A stretch of 64,000 nt of DNA from an uncultured virus (IMG/VR IMGVR_UViG_3300028165_000034) (Duplodnaviria > Heunggongvirae > Uroviricota > Caudoviricetes): IMG/VR virus record IMGVR_UViG_3300028165_000034, positions 1 through 64,000 of that record. One strand, given 5' to 3'. Under the pieces are notes generated by a model. That model was not told the origin of the DNA, did no database searches, and worked only from the letters and a program-made list of their open reading frames with translations. Every line of letters starts with the position of its first letter. Position 1 is the first letter of the stretch. A program made the position numbers and the translations under genes. Shown here piece after piece: positions 45,301 to 54,404 of this stretch.

Positions 45301-46963
45301 CACCGCGTCTGGTATCACCGTGAGCGCTGAGAAGAACGTGACTGTCCGCGACAAGACCGTTTATCCAGTGAGCGCAAGCATCACCGGTGGTGCCGTGGTG
45401 GACTCCTTGAAGACCGAGCAGTACGAACTGCGCGTCACCTTCGAAGACCAGACCACTGTCGTGATGCCAGCTACCGAGTGGCTGTCGAGCAACACCAGCA
45501 CTGCTGGTACCATAGACGCGAACGGCCTGTTCACTGCCAAAGAGAACAAGTCGGGTACCAACATCAACACCATCCTGACTGGCAAGTATACGCTGGACGG
45601 CGTGACGGTTACCGCGACGAAGACCATCGCTGTGCATGACGTGACGAACTATCCAGCGTCCATCGCGATCACCGGCCCGAACTCTGTGAATTCGTCCGCT
45701 GCGAACGGTGCAGGTAGCGCGCAGTATCTCGCCAAGGTAACGTACCTTGACGGTACCAGCGCTGATGTAGTTGGTACCTGGGCTGTTGAAGGCACCACGC
45801 CTAGCGATCCAATCGGCAGCATCAACGCATCTGGCGTGTTCACTCCGAACCAGAAGCCTGGTGGCACTACCCGCAACATCACGGTGAAGGTCGCCTATAC
45901 CGAGTTCGGTCGCACCGTCAACGGCACGAAGTCTGTGTCGCTCGTCGTTGTACCAGTACCGTCGTCGCTCGCTATCAACGGTCCAGCTACCGTGAACAGC
46001 GATAGCAGCGGTACCTACTCGGCCAAGGTAACCATGACTGACGGCAGCGTCTCTGACGTACTGGCCACCTGGTCGACAACTGCCAGCTCCACTGTGGCAA
46101 CTCTGGCGACTGATGGTACGCTGGCTGTCAAGCACCTGAGTGCTGACACTGCAATCCCGCTGCACGCGACTTACACCGCAGCTGGTATCACCGTAGCCGC
46201 CGATAAGACGGTCACTGGTAAGAAAGCAGTTGAGCTGGCTTCGATCACTGTATCGGGTCCGACTCAGTTGGCATCGGGCGCCACTGGCAAGTATGTGGTA
46301 ACTGCGAACTTCACTGATTCCACGACTCAGGATGTGACCAGCACTGCCACATACAGCACCAGCGTTGCTTCGGCCGGTTCGTTCTCGCAGTCGACCAAAG
46401 GTGATTTCAACGCGGCCAACGTGTCTTCGGATACTGCGACTGTGCTGACCTTCAACTACACCGCAGCTGGCGTGAGCAAGCAGGCAACTGCGAACCTGAC
46501 AGTGAAAGCAGCCGTTGTCTCGGGCAACAATCGTCCACGCTTCGGCGTAGCGATGTTCTCCGACACTGACTTCACTGGCGGCAAGACTGGCACGAACGAG
46601 ACGTACAACATCCCGTACACTCGCTGGTCTGGCATTCAGGACTTCGGTGACAAGGTGATGACCAACGTCCTGCCGCTGGGTACTTCGGGCGAGACGTTCA
46701 ACATCAACATCGGCGATGCACAGTATGGCTACTTCATGCACTTGAAGTCGCTGGGCCGTGCGACCTTCACCGATCAAGCGATCAACGTACCGGGCGGCTT
46801 TGGCGGTATTCAGTGGACGCCAGAGGGCGAAGTTGGCGACAACTACGACCCAATCGAAGTCACCTACGATTGCCACGATGGCAACGGTCCTCAGCAGTGG
46901 CTGGTGTACCGTACGGACTGGGATAGCCTGGGTGCGGTCACCTTCAAGGTTACTTACGCTTGA
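42389..46963 (+). CDS. large virion protein with about 12 Ig-like repeats
   Basis: About 95-aa Thr/Val-rich repeats (YPxSAxIxG...F.DGT...W.SS...G.I...G). Confidence 0.85.
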   Translation: MPTPTLAEFVAQTVALADYRNLARENPIPVQLPLGNGENMIVVVAFMEPNNVTLPFNVSWIVVDPDSASYGKVLRRTSALPSVGFRNTWQELDTFEDLIAEQQYWDFSSGFNLGEVDVPQVGAATLDVRGLVILNREYTPDQDSPVVVGGNDPRMSDARDPLPHTHPKLPITMIRGATGVNSWLAKVGTSNTPKPGEVLTITGPGAKDGEWIGEWRRPVKADLVYDGPTFDELEIVGPEGNTLDETVPFTFKANAKFSDGSVLNNVQGSWAVIGNGAYGSISNQTGIFQSLDIDEDQVLRIEVRWTHPESGQLRVKYVDITIVDKTIKLVLTSIELVGVNELEENSIATYSVIAHFDDGTSAGVTPTTFTSSNPGAGTFNSKTGVLEVGELTTDQTTTIAATYAFNGVTKDANLTVRCIDTTIYPSSAVIVGPAEVDEGTSTNFTLRVTFTNGTQKDVAVTDWRSSDEEAGTINPSSGVFEAPNNLFEDKATTLSASYTLEGRTVNGSRQILVKDTTVYPRSAVILGSAAINENTVTQYQFRVSFSNGTTNVVTVSNWALSNPAMGTINKNTGQLVAATDVQQDTKGKVSASYSAFGQTVTAELEVTIKDITNYPVSARVVGNAQMNENTTQTLTFEVTYLDGTKVNEPVTNWTSTNSGAATIGAANGLVTAAVNLQANGTTTVAASWSKYGRTVTADMLLTVRDITNYPVSAVINGQATINEGSTADYTLAVTFADGTTSNRSGNWAITGGNGASVNTSGRVTAPANVDVNTPASLTASYTLDGKTVTASAKTITIMDTTVYPSSARILGPNSLPENTSQTYQLEVTFTDATKAIVPVTNWKSSVISTATIGANTGVLNGLDTTGNKVTKITASYTAAGKTVGAELDVTVTDSTNYPVSAVVEGPDFLDEGDTGNYVLRVTFTDGTSSLVGVIDWASSKTSVGVINPTTGALATNANLKADDSTKVSASYTASGITVSAEKNVTVRDKTVYPVSASITGGAVVDSLKTEQYELRVTFEDQTTVVMPATEWLSSNTSTAGTIDANGLFTAKENKSGTNINTILTGKYTLDGVTVTATKTIAVHDVTNYPASIAITGPNSVNSSAANGAGSAQYLAKVTYLDGTSADVVGTWAVEGTTPSDPIGSINASGVFTPNQKPGGTTRNITVKVAYTEFGRTVNGTKSVSLVVVPVPSSLAINGPATVNSDSSGTYSAKVTMTDGSVSDVLATWSTTASSTVATLATDGTLAVKHLSADTAIPLHATYTAAGITVAADKTVTGKKAVELASITVSGPTQLASGATGKYVVTANFTDSTTQDVTSTATYSTSVASAGSFSQSTKGDFNAANVSSDTATVLTFNYTAAGVSKQATANLTVKAAVVSGNNRPRFGVAMFSDTDFTGGKTGTNETYNIPYTRWSGIQDFGDKVMTNVLPLGTSGETFNINIGDAQYGYFMHLKSLGRATFTDQAINVPGGFGGIQWTPEGEVGDNYDPIEVTYDCHDGNGPQQWLVYRTDWDSLGAVTFKVTYA

Positions 46964-46980
46964 TAGGTTAACCATCACAG

Positions 46981-47002
46981 GAGGGGCCTTCGGGTCCCTC
47001 TT
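46981..47002 (+). terminator. hairpin, probable terminator
   Basis: GAGGGGCC-TTCG-GGTCCCTC with short T tail. Confidence 0.6.
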
Positions 47003-47016
47003 ACTTGGAGTTCGCT

Positions 47017-47949
47017 ATGCCACTTTATGCCTCCGGCTTTTTCATCCCTTCGAGTGCGGGTATCCCGTATATTCTCGAAGACGTGTATCAGAAGGGTGGC
47101 TATCGCTCAGTCGCAACCGTAGCCGAGCGCGATGCCATCAAAACAGCAGCACGAAAGCAGGGTATGCTTGTCTACGTTCGCGAGGACAACACCCTGTACG
47201 AAATCCCAGGTACAACCCTAGCGGGTGCTGATGCCTGGAAGAAGTTTGACGCCCGCAAGTATGTTGGCTTCGACTTCAAAGCTCCGCTGGCCATCAGCGA
47301 AGAATTCGAGGTCTCCATCGACGAACTGCGCCTTGTGCCAGAGATGGAAGGCGTTGAAAAAGGTAAGGTGCTCGCTGTTGGTGAAAACGGCAGTGAGTGG
47401 ATCGACGGCCTACCAGCTGGCGGTACCACGGGTGATGCGATTGTTCGCAATGCCGAAGGCGCTGCTGTATGGGCCAAGGTCAGTGGCTTGCCATCTACCG
47501 AAGGTGTTGACGAAGGCTCTGCGCTTGTTGTTGGCGAAGACGGTAATGCCAAGTGGGGCGAAGCTGCAGGCGGTAAGCGTGCGCGCTCCGTACTCAACTC
47601 TACCTACCTGAACGTCGGTCAAGGCGCCAGCGTGCAAAACACCATTCAGGTGCCTAGCCCAACGCTGATGATCCTCAAGCTCTCTGTGGATCAGCCCGAC
47701 ATTACTGTCGAGTTGCACAGCAGCCCAGCGTACAGCGACACCAACCCGTACACCTTCACCTCCAGTAACCTCAAGCTGGAAGACGACGGCATCACCACCT
47801 TTGAAGATGGTGGTGAAGTTGTCTCGCGTCGCTACGGCTTCTGGTCGGCAAACAGCGGTGGTGACAACAAGGTGTATGTCCGGATCACCAACGCGGGCCA
47901 AGCACACGCCGCAGTTGCGCTCCAGATGACTGTACTTCCGATGGAGTAA
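47017..47949 (+). CDS. putative tail fibre/virion protein
   Basis: GGYRSVATVAERDAI...GMLVYV head and LPxGG...W repeats typical of fibre proteins. Confidence 0.55.
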   Translation: MPLYASGFFIPSSAGIPYILEDVYQKGGYRSVATVAERDAIKTAARKQGMLVYVREDNTLYEIPGTTLAGADAWKKFDARKYVGFDFKAPLAISEEFEVSIDELRLVPEMEGVEKGKVLAVGENGSEWIDGLPAGGTTGDAIVRNAEGAAVWAKVSGLPSTEGVDEGSALVVGEDGNAKWGEAAGGKRARSVLNSTYLNVGQGASVQNTIQVPSPTLMILKLSVDQPDITVELHSSPAYSDTNPYTFTSSNLKLEDDGITTFEDGGEVVSRRYGFWSANSGGDNKVYVRITNAGQAHAAVALQMTVLPME

Positions 47950-47953
47950 TGTA

Positions 47954-49144
47954 ATGCAGTGGACAGCCGAAGCTAAGGTAAAAGACCTGGCGACGCTGAC
48001 TTGGTACACCTTCGAGGGTGACCGATCAGTCAAGCTCGGCGCCGACAAGGAATTCAACCAGAAGCACCCTCTCGTGGTGCGTCCGGGCGAGCTGGTCGGC
48101 ATGAAGCAAGCGACTCGTGGCTCAGGCGCAGGTAACTACCAAGTTGTCCTGGGTCACGCACTGCACGTCCTCTTCCGTAACGTGCCTGAAGCCCAGATCA
48201 ACAAGATCATCAAGAAGCTGGTGAAGTACAAAGGCAAAACGCCTGAGCACAACCAGCTTCTCGATGGGCAGAAGCGCGTGAAGAAGGTGACCATCAGTGA
48301 CAAGGTCAGCTCCGACAAGCAGACTGACGACCTGTTCAAACCTACGGGCACGATCAGGGAAAACACCATGTATGACCGTGCCAACTATCAGTGGCGCAAA
48401 GTCATCCATGCTGGTGCCAAAGTCAAGTCGCTGAAACAGGGCCGTAGCAAGTACACGACCCAAGAAGGCGATATCATCGGTCTGCGTTACATGACCAAAG
48501 CCCGTGGCGGGTTCGTTATCCTGCCGAACGAGCAGCGTGTCAACATCAGTCACGAGACCTACATGGAGCTTGTATCTGGTGCACGCATTCTGCCAACGAG
48601 CAAACAGCAGAAGGGTTTGGTGATTCTCGCCGATCTGAAAGCTGGTCAGCCCAAGCAGACGCGCATTCGCAAGCCCAAGGAAACTGCGGTTGCTCCACGT
48701 GAAGCTATCTCACCGAAGTCGCCAAGTCGCATCAAGCGCGATATCCACGATGACCTTGTCAGCAATCACGACATTGACGACGATGAAATCGAGGACGATG
48801 AGGACATCCACGAGATTCCTCTGGACGAGCCTGAAGTGCCGAAGGGTCACCAGCCTAGCCAAGTGCTGAAAGTTGGTGCCATCGTGCAGTCTGCCAAGCG
48901 CCCGAGCAACGAGTTCGTTGTAGTCGATGCCACAAAGCACGAAGGCTACACCGAGTTTGCGCTGTACTCGGTAGCGAAGAAGGATGTGCGCAAGTTGCGC
49001 CTCGCAGACGGCGTCGATATGGCGAACTACAAATCTGTATCGGTGAAAGGCGAAGCCACCAAATCGGAGTTGGCGGCAGGCAAACGAGCCTTCAATGGAG
49101 CTGTAAAGAACAAGAAGTTCACCACCGCATCCATTCACGATTAG
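47954..49144 (+). CDS. hypothetical protein
   Basis: 396 aa, GGAG RBS, acidic linker. Confidence 0.7.
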   Translation: MQWTAEAKVKDLATLTWYTFEGDRSVKLGADKEFNQKHPLVVRPGELVGMKQATRGSGAGNYQVVLGHALHVLFRNVPEAQINKIIKKLVKYKGKTPEHNQLLDGQKRVKKVTISDKVSSDKQTDDLFKPTGTIRENTMYDRANYQWRKVIHAGAKVKSLKQGRSKYTTQEGDIIGLRYMTKARGGFVILPNEQRVNISHETYMELVSGARILPTSKQQKGLVILADLKAGQPKQTRIRKPKETAVAPREAISPKSPSRIKRDIHDDLVSNHDIDDDEIEDDEDIHEIPLDEPEVPKGHQPSQVLKVGAIVQSAKRPSNEFVVVDATKHEGYTEFALYSVAKKDVRKLRLADGVDMANYKSVSVKGEATKSELAAGKRAFNGAVKNKKFTTASIHD

Positions 49145-49153
49145 TGAGTCCAC

Positions 49154-51082
49154 ATGAACCTCGCGCAGATCAAACGGAATCCAAGAGCAGCAGCCCAGGG
49201 TATGACTCTGGGCGAGTTGCGTAAGCTCCTCCAAAAGTTCGACTACGAGTACCACGACCAGAACAAGCCAAGCGTAGGCGACAAAGTGTACGACACCCTG
49301 CGCGATGTTCACGACGAACGCGCCAAGAAGCCGTATGCTCGCGTCGGCTCCAAATCCACTCATGTAGCGCGCCGCACTAAGCTGGCCGTTGCCATGGGTA
49401 GTCTTAGCAAACTCAAGCCCGGCTCGTCCGGGCTTTTGGCGTTCTTGGAAAAAGGCCCATTCGTTGTCAGCGACAAGGAAGACGGCATCAGCCTGCAGTT
49501 GGTGTATGAAAACCATGTGCTGGTGAAGGCAGTACAGCGCGGTGACGGTAAGATCGGCACTGATTCGTCTGGAGTAATCCCGGCGTTGAAAGTGCCGCAT
49601 CGCGTCAAGCCGAAAGACCTGATTGTGCGTGTCGAGTTCACCATGAGTGAGCAGACCTTCAATCGACATTTCAACAAGGAGAACGGTGGCGAGTACGACA
49701 ACCCGCGTAACGGCGCTGGTGGCCTGCTCAACCGTAACCAACCGACGACTGCGATCACCAAGGTCAAGTGCATTGCGCACGAAATCATGGCTGGTCCAAA
49801 TGCTCGCGTTGCACCCTCCAAGCAGTTCGCATACCTCAAAGCTCTGGGCTTCGACGTAGTACCACACAAGGTCTACCCGAAACTCAACGAGACCATCCTC
49901 ACGAATCTCCTGAACATCCGTCGCACTCGCGCCAAGCGTGCAATCGACGGCATCGTGGTTGCACAAGACCGCTCGTACACCGTTGTCGGTAAGTATCCAA
50001 CACATTCCTTCGCCTTCAAGATCAACGATCTGGAAGCTGCTGTGGAAGTACCTGTGCTGGACGTCGAGTTCAACGAGTCGCGCTATGGTCGCTTGGCACC
50101 ACGCATCCTGATCAAGCCAACTCGCATTGGCGGAGTCATGGTCGAGCACTTCACTGGGCACAACGGGTTCTACATCGAGCACGGCTACACGTCGAAACTC
50201 AAAGACTCCAAGATTCCATACGAGCCACGCCCGATCAACAAGGGTGCAATCATTCGTTGCGTGCGCTCTGGTGACGTGATTCCGTACATCGTGGAAGTTG
50301 TCAAGGCCGCCAAGAAGCCTGCACAGCCAAGTGTCGCGTTCGAGTCTGATGGTGTGCATTATTACGCTGTTGAAGGCGGTGACGACCGTAAAGCCAAGTC
50401 GCTGCTCAACTTCTTCACGGCCCTTGAAGTGGATGGATTGAAGCGTGGCACCATCGACATTCTGATCGACAATGGCTTCACCACGATCAAGAAGATCATC
50501 AACGCCACGGCAGCCGACTTCGAGGAGATTCCTCGTTTCGGTCACTCCAAAGCCGTGACGCTGGAGCGCAACATCCGTAACAGTCTTGCCAAGAATGCAA
50601 CACTCGCCAAGCTCGGCGCAGGCAGTGTGCTCTTCGGTGATAAGTTCGGTGAGTCTCGCCTGAGTGATCTGTTCAAAGCCCTCCCAGGTATCGTCTATGC
50701 GGACTGGAGTGAGAAGCGCATGATCGAGGAGATTCAGCGCGTCAAGGGCTTCAAGGAATTGGCTGTCACCGCAGCGAAGGTGATGCCCAAATTCCGCCTG
50801 TTCCTGAAGAAGCTGGACGTCAAGGTTGTGCAGCCCAAGCAGACCCGTATCACTGGCCACGCAATGCGCAACATGGCTGTCCTGTTCACCTCTGTGCGCG
50901 ATAAAGAACTGGCTGAATGGATCGTGGCGAATGGTGGAAAGATGGCATCCAGTGCCAAATCTGCTAATTTACTCATTGTGAAAGACGAGTACGTATCCAA
51001 CAACAAGACGGAATACGCCAAGGACAACGATATCCCGGTCATGTCCGTCGACAAGTTCAGAACCAAGTACAAGGTGCCCTAA
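49154..51082 (+). CDS. ligA: NAD-dependent DNA ligase
   Basis: YHD...DKVYD, MGSLSK, KEDG, RGDG, NPRN, IDGIV, RSGDVIP, HhH, C-terminal BRCT-like. Confidence 0.93.
   Translation: MNLAQIKRNPRAAAQGMTLGELRKLLQKFDYEYHDQNKPSVGDKVYDTLRDVHDERAKKPYARVGSKSTHVARRTKLAVAMGSLSKLKPGSSGLLAFLEKGPFVVSDKEDGISLQLVYENHVLVKAVQRGDGKIGTDSSGVIPALKVPHRVKPKDLIVRVEFTMSEQTFNRHFNKENGGEYDNPRNGAGGLLNRNQPTTAITKVKCIAHEIMAGPNARVAPSKQFAYLKALGFDVVPHKVYPKLNETILTNLLNIRRTRAKRAIDGIVVAQDRSYTVVGKYPTHSFAFKINDLEAAVEVPVLDVEFNESRYGRLAPRILIKPTRIGGVMVEHFTGHNGFYIEHGYTSKLKDSKIPYEPRPINKGAIIRCVRSGDVIPYIVEVVKAAKKPAQPSVAFESDGVHYYAVEGGDDRKAKSLLNFFTALEVDGLKRGTIDILIDNGFTTIKKIINATAADFEEIPRFGHSKAVTLERNIRNSLAKNATLAKLGAGSVLFGDKFGESRLSDLFKALPGIVYADWSEKRMIEEIQRVKGFKELAVTAAKVMPKFRLFLKKLDVKVVQPKQTRITGHAMRNMAVLFTSVRDKELAEWIVANGGKMASSAKSANLLIVKDEYVSNNKTEYAKDNDIPVMSVDKFRTKYKVP
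50962..50970 (+). promoter_or_regulatory. candidate late promoter motif TGCTAATTT inside the ligA 3' end
   Basis: About 110 nt upstream of the basic-protein cluster. Confidence 0.4.
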
Positions 51083-51501
51083 TGGCCAAGATTCTCATTG
51101 GTGCTGACGATAGCTTCAAGGCCGTTGCGTCCGACGACGATCCGGACTGGAAGACGATTCAGAAGCACCCGTACTACAAACATGCGACGGAGATTCTCCA
51201 CTCGGAGGGTCTTCGTCCAAAGGGTGTGCGTGGTTACCCGCGGCTCATGGAGCTGCTGAACGGTTACGACAACACGCACGACAAGAAAGCTTTGGTCACC
51301 ACTGACTCGAAAGCCGTCCAGCACTTGAAGCGTGATCTGGCCATCGGCCTGGAGAAGCTCAAGGTTGCTCGCGCCCGCCTCGCCAAAATGCCTGACAGTG
51401 CCGATGAAGCAGCACACGACGACGCAGCTCGCGAAGTCCGTAACGCTCAGCAGTACGTCGATGGTATCCGCAAAGGCCTCTCCCGCCTTAAGAAAATCTA
51501 A
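51082..51501 (+). CDS. putative internal head protein with shared leader
   Basis: N-terminus MAKILIGADDSFKAVAS. Confidence 0.65.
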   Translation: MAKILIGADDSFKAVASDDDPDWKTIQKHPYYKHATEILHSEGLRPKGVRGYPRLMELLNGYDNTHDKKALVTTDSKAVQHLKRDLAIGLEKLKVARARLAKMPDSADEAAHDDAAREVRNAQQYVDGIRKGLSRLKKI

Positions 51502-51511
51502 GGAGTTATTC

Positions 51512-52609
51512 ATGGCACTTCTCACCATTCGCGCCGACGGCTCCTTCGAGGCCATCGCGATGCAAGATACCTACGCGTCCAAGATCAAGGCGTACAAGAC
51601 TCTCATCAAGTCCACTCAGACTGGTATCAAAGAACGCAAAAAGAAAGTCGAGCCGTTGAAGCGCATTGCTGCGCTCAAGCTGCGCCTGCAGCACGTACCG
51701 CCAAGTCAGAAAGAATCCATTCGCAGCAAGATCAGCGCCGAGCGCCAGAAGCACGCACTGTCCACAAAGGACACAGTGCTCGGGATGCAACGCCAGATCA
51801 CCAAGCTTGAAGGGCAGATCGCCAAGCACGAAGACCGTATCGCCCGCCTGACTCAACAGGAAGCTGATGCCAAAGAGCGTGCCAAGGTACGCAAGGCCAA
51901 AGAAGCCTTGGCGCCCAAGCAGCCGAAAGTGAACATCGGTGGTCCCGGCATCGGTGGTGCTGGTGCGAAGATTCCACGCACTCCGAAAGATCCTGCTGCC
52001 AAGTTCGCGCAGCAAGCCAAGACCGCCTCTGGCAAGTTGAAGCACACCGTCAAGGTGACCCTCGACAAGCACGAAGCTCAGGCACTCAAGCCTGCGCCAA
52101 AGCCAGTAGTCAAGCCGACCGCGTCTACCAAGAAGCCAGCGAAGGTGCTGACTCACAAAGACGACAAGAACGCCACTGCGATCAAGAACACCCTGACCAA
52201 AATCTACGCGCTCAAGAAAGAGCTGGCGAACGCCACTCCTACCAAAAAGCCGCACATGCAAGCCGACCTGGCGAAGCTGCGCGGTGCGCTGCGTGAACTG
52301 CGTAAGGGTGCTACAGCCGAAGGTAAGCCGAAGCTGCCAGCCGAAGTCAACGGTCGTCGCGTCAAGCAAGTGAAGCCTGTCAAGCCGGTTGCTGTTCCTA
52401 CTCCGAAGACCAAGAGCATGGGCACCACGCCAGAAGCGCGCGCCAAGCTGGAACGCATGTTGGAGAAAGCCAAGGCTGAGGCCAAAGAATTGCGCAAGCG
52501 TGTCACCGCAGCCAAAGGTCAGGGTCCGCTGTACGGTAAGCTGAGCATTCAACTGCAAAGCCTGAATGCCAAGATCATTCGCCTCGAAGGCAAGATCAAG
52601 CAGAAGTAA
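51512..52609 (+). CDS. basic putative internal head protein with shared leader
   Basis: AAGGAG RBS; N-terminus MALLTIRADGSFEAIAM; Lys-rich. Confidence 0.7.
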   Translation: MALLTIRADGSFEAIAMQDTYASKIKAYKTLIKSTQTGIKERKKKVEPLKRIAALKLRLQHVPPSQKESIRSKISAERQKHALSTKDTVLGMQRQITKLEGQIAKHEDRIARLTQQEADAKERAKVRKAKEALAPKQPKVNIGGPGIGGAGAKIPRTPKDPAAKFAQQAKTASGKLKHTVKVTLDKHEAQALKPAPKPVVKPTASTKKPAKVLTHKDDKNATAIKNTLTKIYALKKELANATPTKKPHMQADLAKLRGALRELRKGATAEGKPKLPAEVNGRRVKQVKPVKPVAVPTPKTKSMGTTPEARAKLERMLEKAKAEAKELRKRVTAAKGQGPLYGKLSIQLQSLNAKIIRLEGKIKQK

Positions 52610-52617
52610 GGCCAGAT

Positions 52618-52640
52618 AGCGGCTCGCAACGGGCCGCTTT
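52618..52640 (+). terminator. intergenic hairpin, possible terminator
   Basis: AGCGGCTCG-caa-CGGGCCGCT-TT. Confidence 0.45.
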
Positions 52641-52665
52641 CCACAAGACCAAGGAATAGCACAGC

Positions 52666-53652
52666 ATGGGCAAGATCATCATTCGCGCGGACGACTCCTT
52701 CGAGGCTGTTGCAGCACGCGCACCAAACTCCACCCACGAGCACAAGCAGCACGTCACCAATCTTACCAAAGACTTGAAGATCGCCAAGGATATCAAGAAG
52801 CAACGCACCGCCGAAGAAAAGGCACGCGATACGCTGGCGAAACTCAAGCACGCTCCGAAGGTTGCCGGTAACATCGCCAAGCGCGACAAGGCGAAGCAAG
52901 CCGTGGCTGATGCCAAAGAGCAAGTGCGCGCTCTCAAAGGCAAGCTGTCGAACCAGCGCCACACTGATCCGGACGAAGTAGCGCAGAAGCTGGCGCATGC
53001 CAAAGAAGCGCAGAAAGAGCACAGTACCACTGTCCGTACTGCGTCCAAGGAACACGCCGCTGGCCGTGACGTCATGCGCAAAGACGTCCTCAAGAACAAA
53101 GACGCTTCCATCCGCACCTTGCAGAAGCATATCACGTCTCTGGAGCGCGCAAACGAAGCGGGCAAAGGCGATGAAGATGACTTGATCCATCGCATTCGCA
53201 GCGCCAAGCGTGACGTTCGCAAACTCGAAGCTGGCAAGGCACCTGACCTGGTCTACAGCGGTCACCTGTTCGAGAAGAAGAAAGCCACCAAGGCAACGCC
53301 TGCTGCACCGTCGGCCGACTATGATCGTGAGCGCAAAGAGCTGATGACGCGCTTCAACCAGATCGGTCGGGCTGTAGAAGCGGCCAAGCGCAAGGTTGCC
53401 AATGCGCGCACTACCGAGTCGAAAAACATGGCGGCCAAGGAGCTCAAAGCTCTGGAGAAGTCCTACAACTCCACTCGCATTGCACTGACCAAAATGAAGC
53501 CATCGGCTGCGCAGCGTGCAAAAGACGAGGCTGCCAACGAGCGCAGCAAGAAGGCCGCCACGCGCGTACACCGCAAGCAAGTGGATTCCGACAAACGCAA
53601 AGCTGCCGAATACGGTCGCGATGTGAAGCTCGGTCTGCGCGATTCGCGTTAA
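52666..53652 (+). CDS. basic putative internal head protein with shared leader
   Basis: N-terminus MGKIIIRADDSFEAVAA. Confidence 0.7.
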   Translation: MGKIIIRADDSFEAVAARAPNSTHEHKQHVTNLTKDLKIAKDIKKQRTAEEKARDTLAKLKHAPKVAGNIAKRDKAKQAVADAKEQVRALKGKLSNQRHTDPDEVAQKLAHAKEAQKEHSTTVRTASKEHAAGRDVMRKDVLKNKDASIRTLQKHITSLERANEAGKGDEDDLIHRIRSAKRDVRKLEAGKAPDLVYSGHLFEKKKATKATPAAPSADYDRERKELMTRFNQIGRAVEAAKRKVANARTTESKNMAAKELKALEKSYNSTRIALTKMKPSAAQRAKDEAANERSKKAATRVHRKQVDSDKRKAAEYGRDVKLGLRDSR

Positions 53653-53679
53653 TCACTACCTGTCCATAAGGAACCCATC

Positions 53680-54345
53680 ATGGGCAAGATCATCATTCGC
53701 GCGGACGATAGCTTCGAGTCCGTTGCTGCTGCAAAGCCGGCGAACCTGAAAGAGCACCAAGAGCGCGTCAAGGAACTCAAGAAAGACGTTTCCATTGCGA
53801 CCAAGATCGCAAGCCAGAACAAAAAGCTGGACACGTTGAAAGAAACGTTGGCCAAGCTGAAAGGTAATGGCACTCGTCGTGCTGTCACACCGCAGGCAAC
53901 AAAAGCCCGCATCGAAACCGTGCGAGGCAAGATCAAATCCGTACGCGAAGTCATCAAAGCGCTTAAGGGTGAATTGTCTACTCCTTTGAACGCCAAACTG
54001 GAGCGTGCGACTGAGCAGCTTACCAAAGCCCAGCAAGCAAAAGCCGATCACTCCAAGCGTCACCTTCCGCGCAACCAGAAGACACCACGTGCAGGCGATA
54101 GCGCCACGGTACAGCGCAGCGAGAAAGCATCCCGCGCAACGCAAGGTGGTGCAGGTCGCCCATTCTTGCGCCGCAACATTCGCAAACTAGCAAACCAAAT
54201 CGCAATCACAAAACGCCAAATCAGCGACGCTAAGACACCGCGCGCACGCAGAGAACTGGAAGCGTCGCTAGCCAAATTGGAGACCTCACTCAAGAGTGCT
54301 CAGACGAGCTTGCGTAACAGCAAGCCTGTCCGCAAAACAAGCTGA
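53680..54345 (+). CDS. basic putative internal head protein with shared leader
   Basis: N-terminus MGKIIIRADDSFESVAA; paralog of the previous gene. Confidence 0.7.
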   Translation: MGKIIIRADDSFESVAAAKPANLKEHQERVKELKKDVSIATKIASQNKKLDTLKETLAKLKGNGTRRAVTPQATKARIETVRGKIKSVREVIKALKGELSTPLNAKLERATEQLTKAQQAKADHSKRHLPRNQKTPRAGDSATVQRSEKASRATQGGAGRPFLRRNIRKLANQIAITKRQISDAKTPRARRELEASLAKLETSLKSAQTSLRNSKPVRKTS

Positions 54346-54404
54346 AAGCGCCTCGTTAATCGACAACTGCTATCTCCATGAGAAGCTAACCCGGAGTTAC
54401 CCGA

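Noticed and set aside
42383..46978. 1531-aa minus-strand ORF
   Set aside because: Antisense shadow of the Ig-repeat gene caused by codon bias; no motifs
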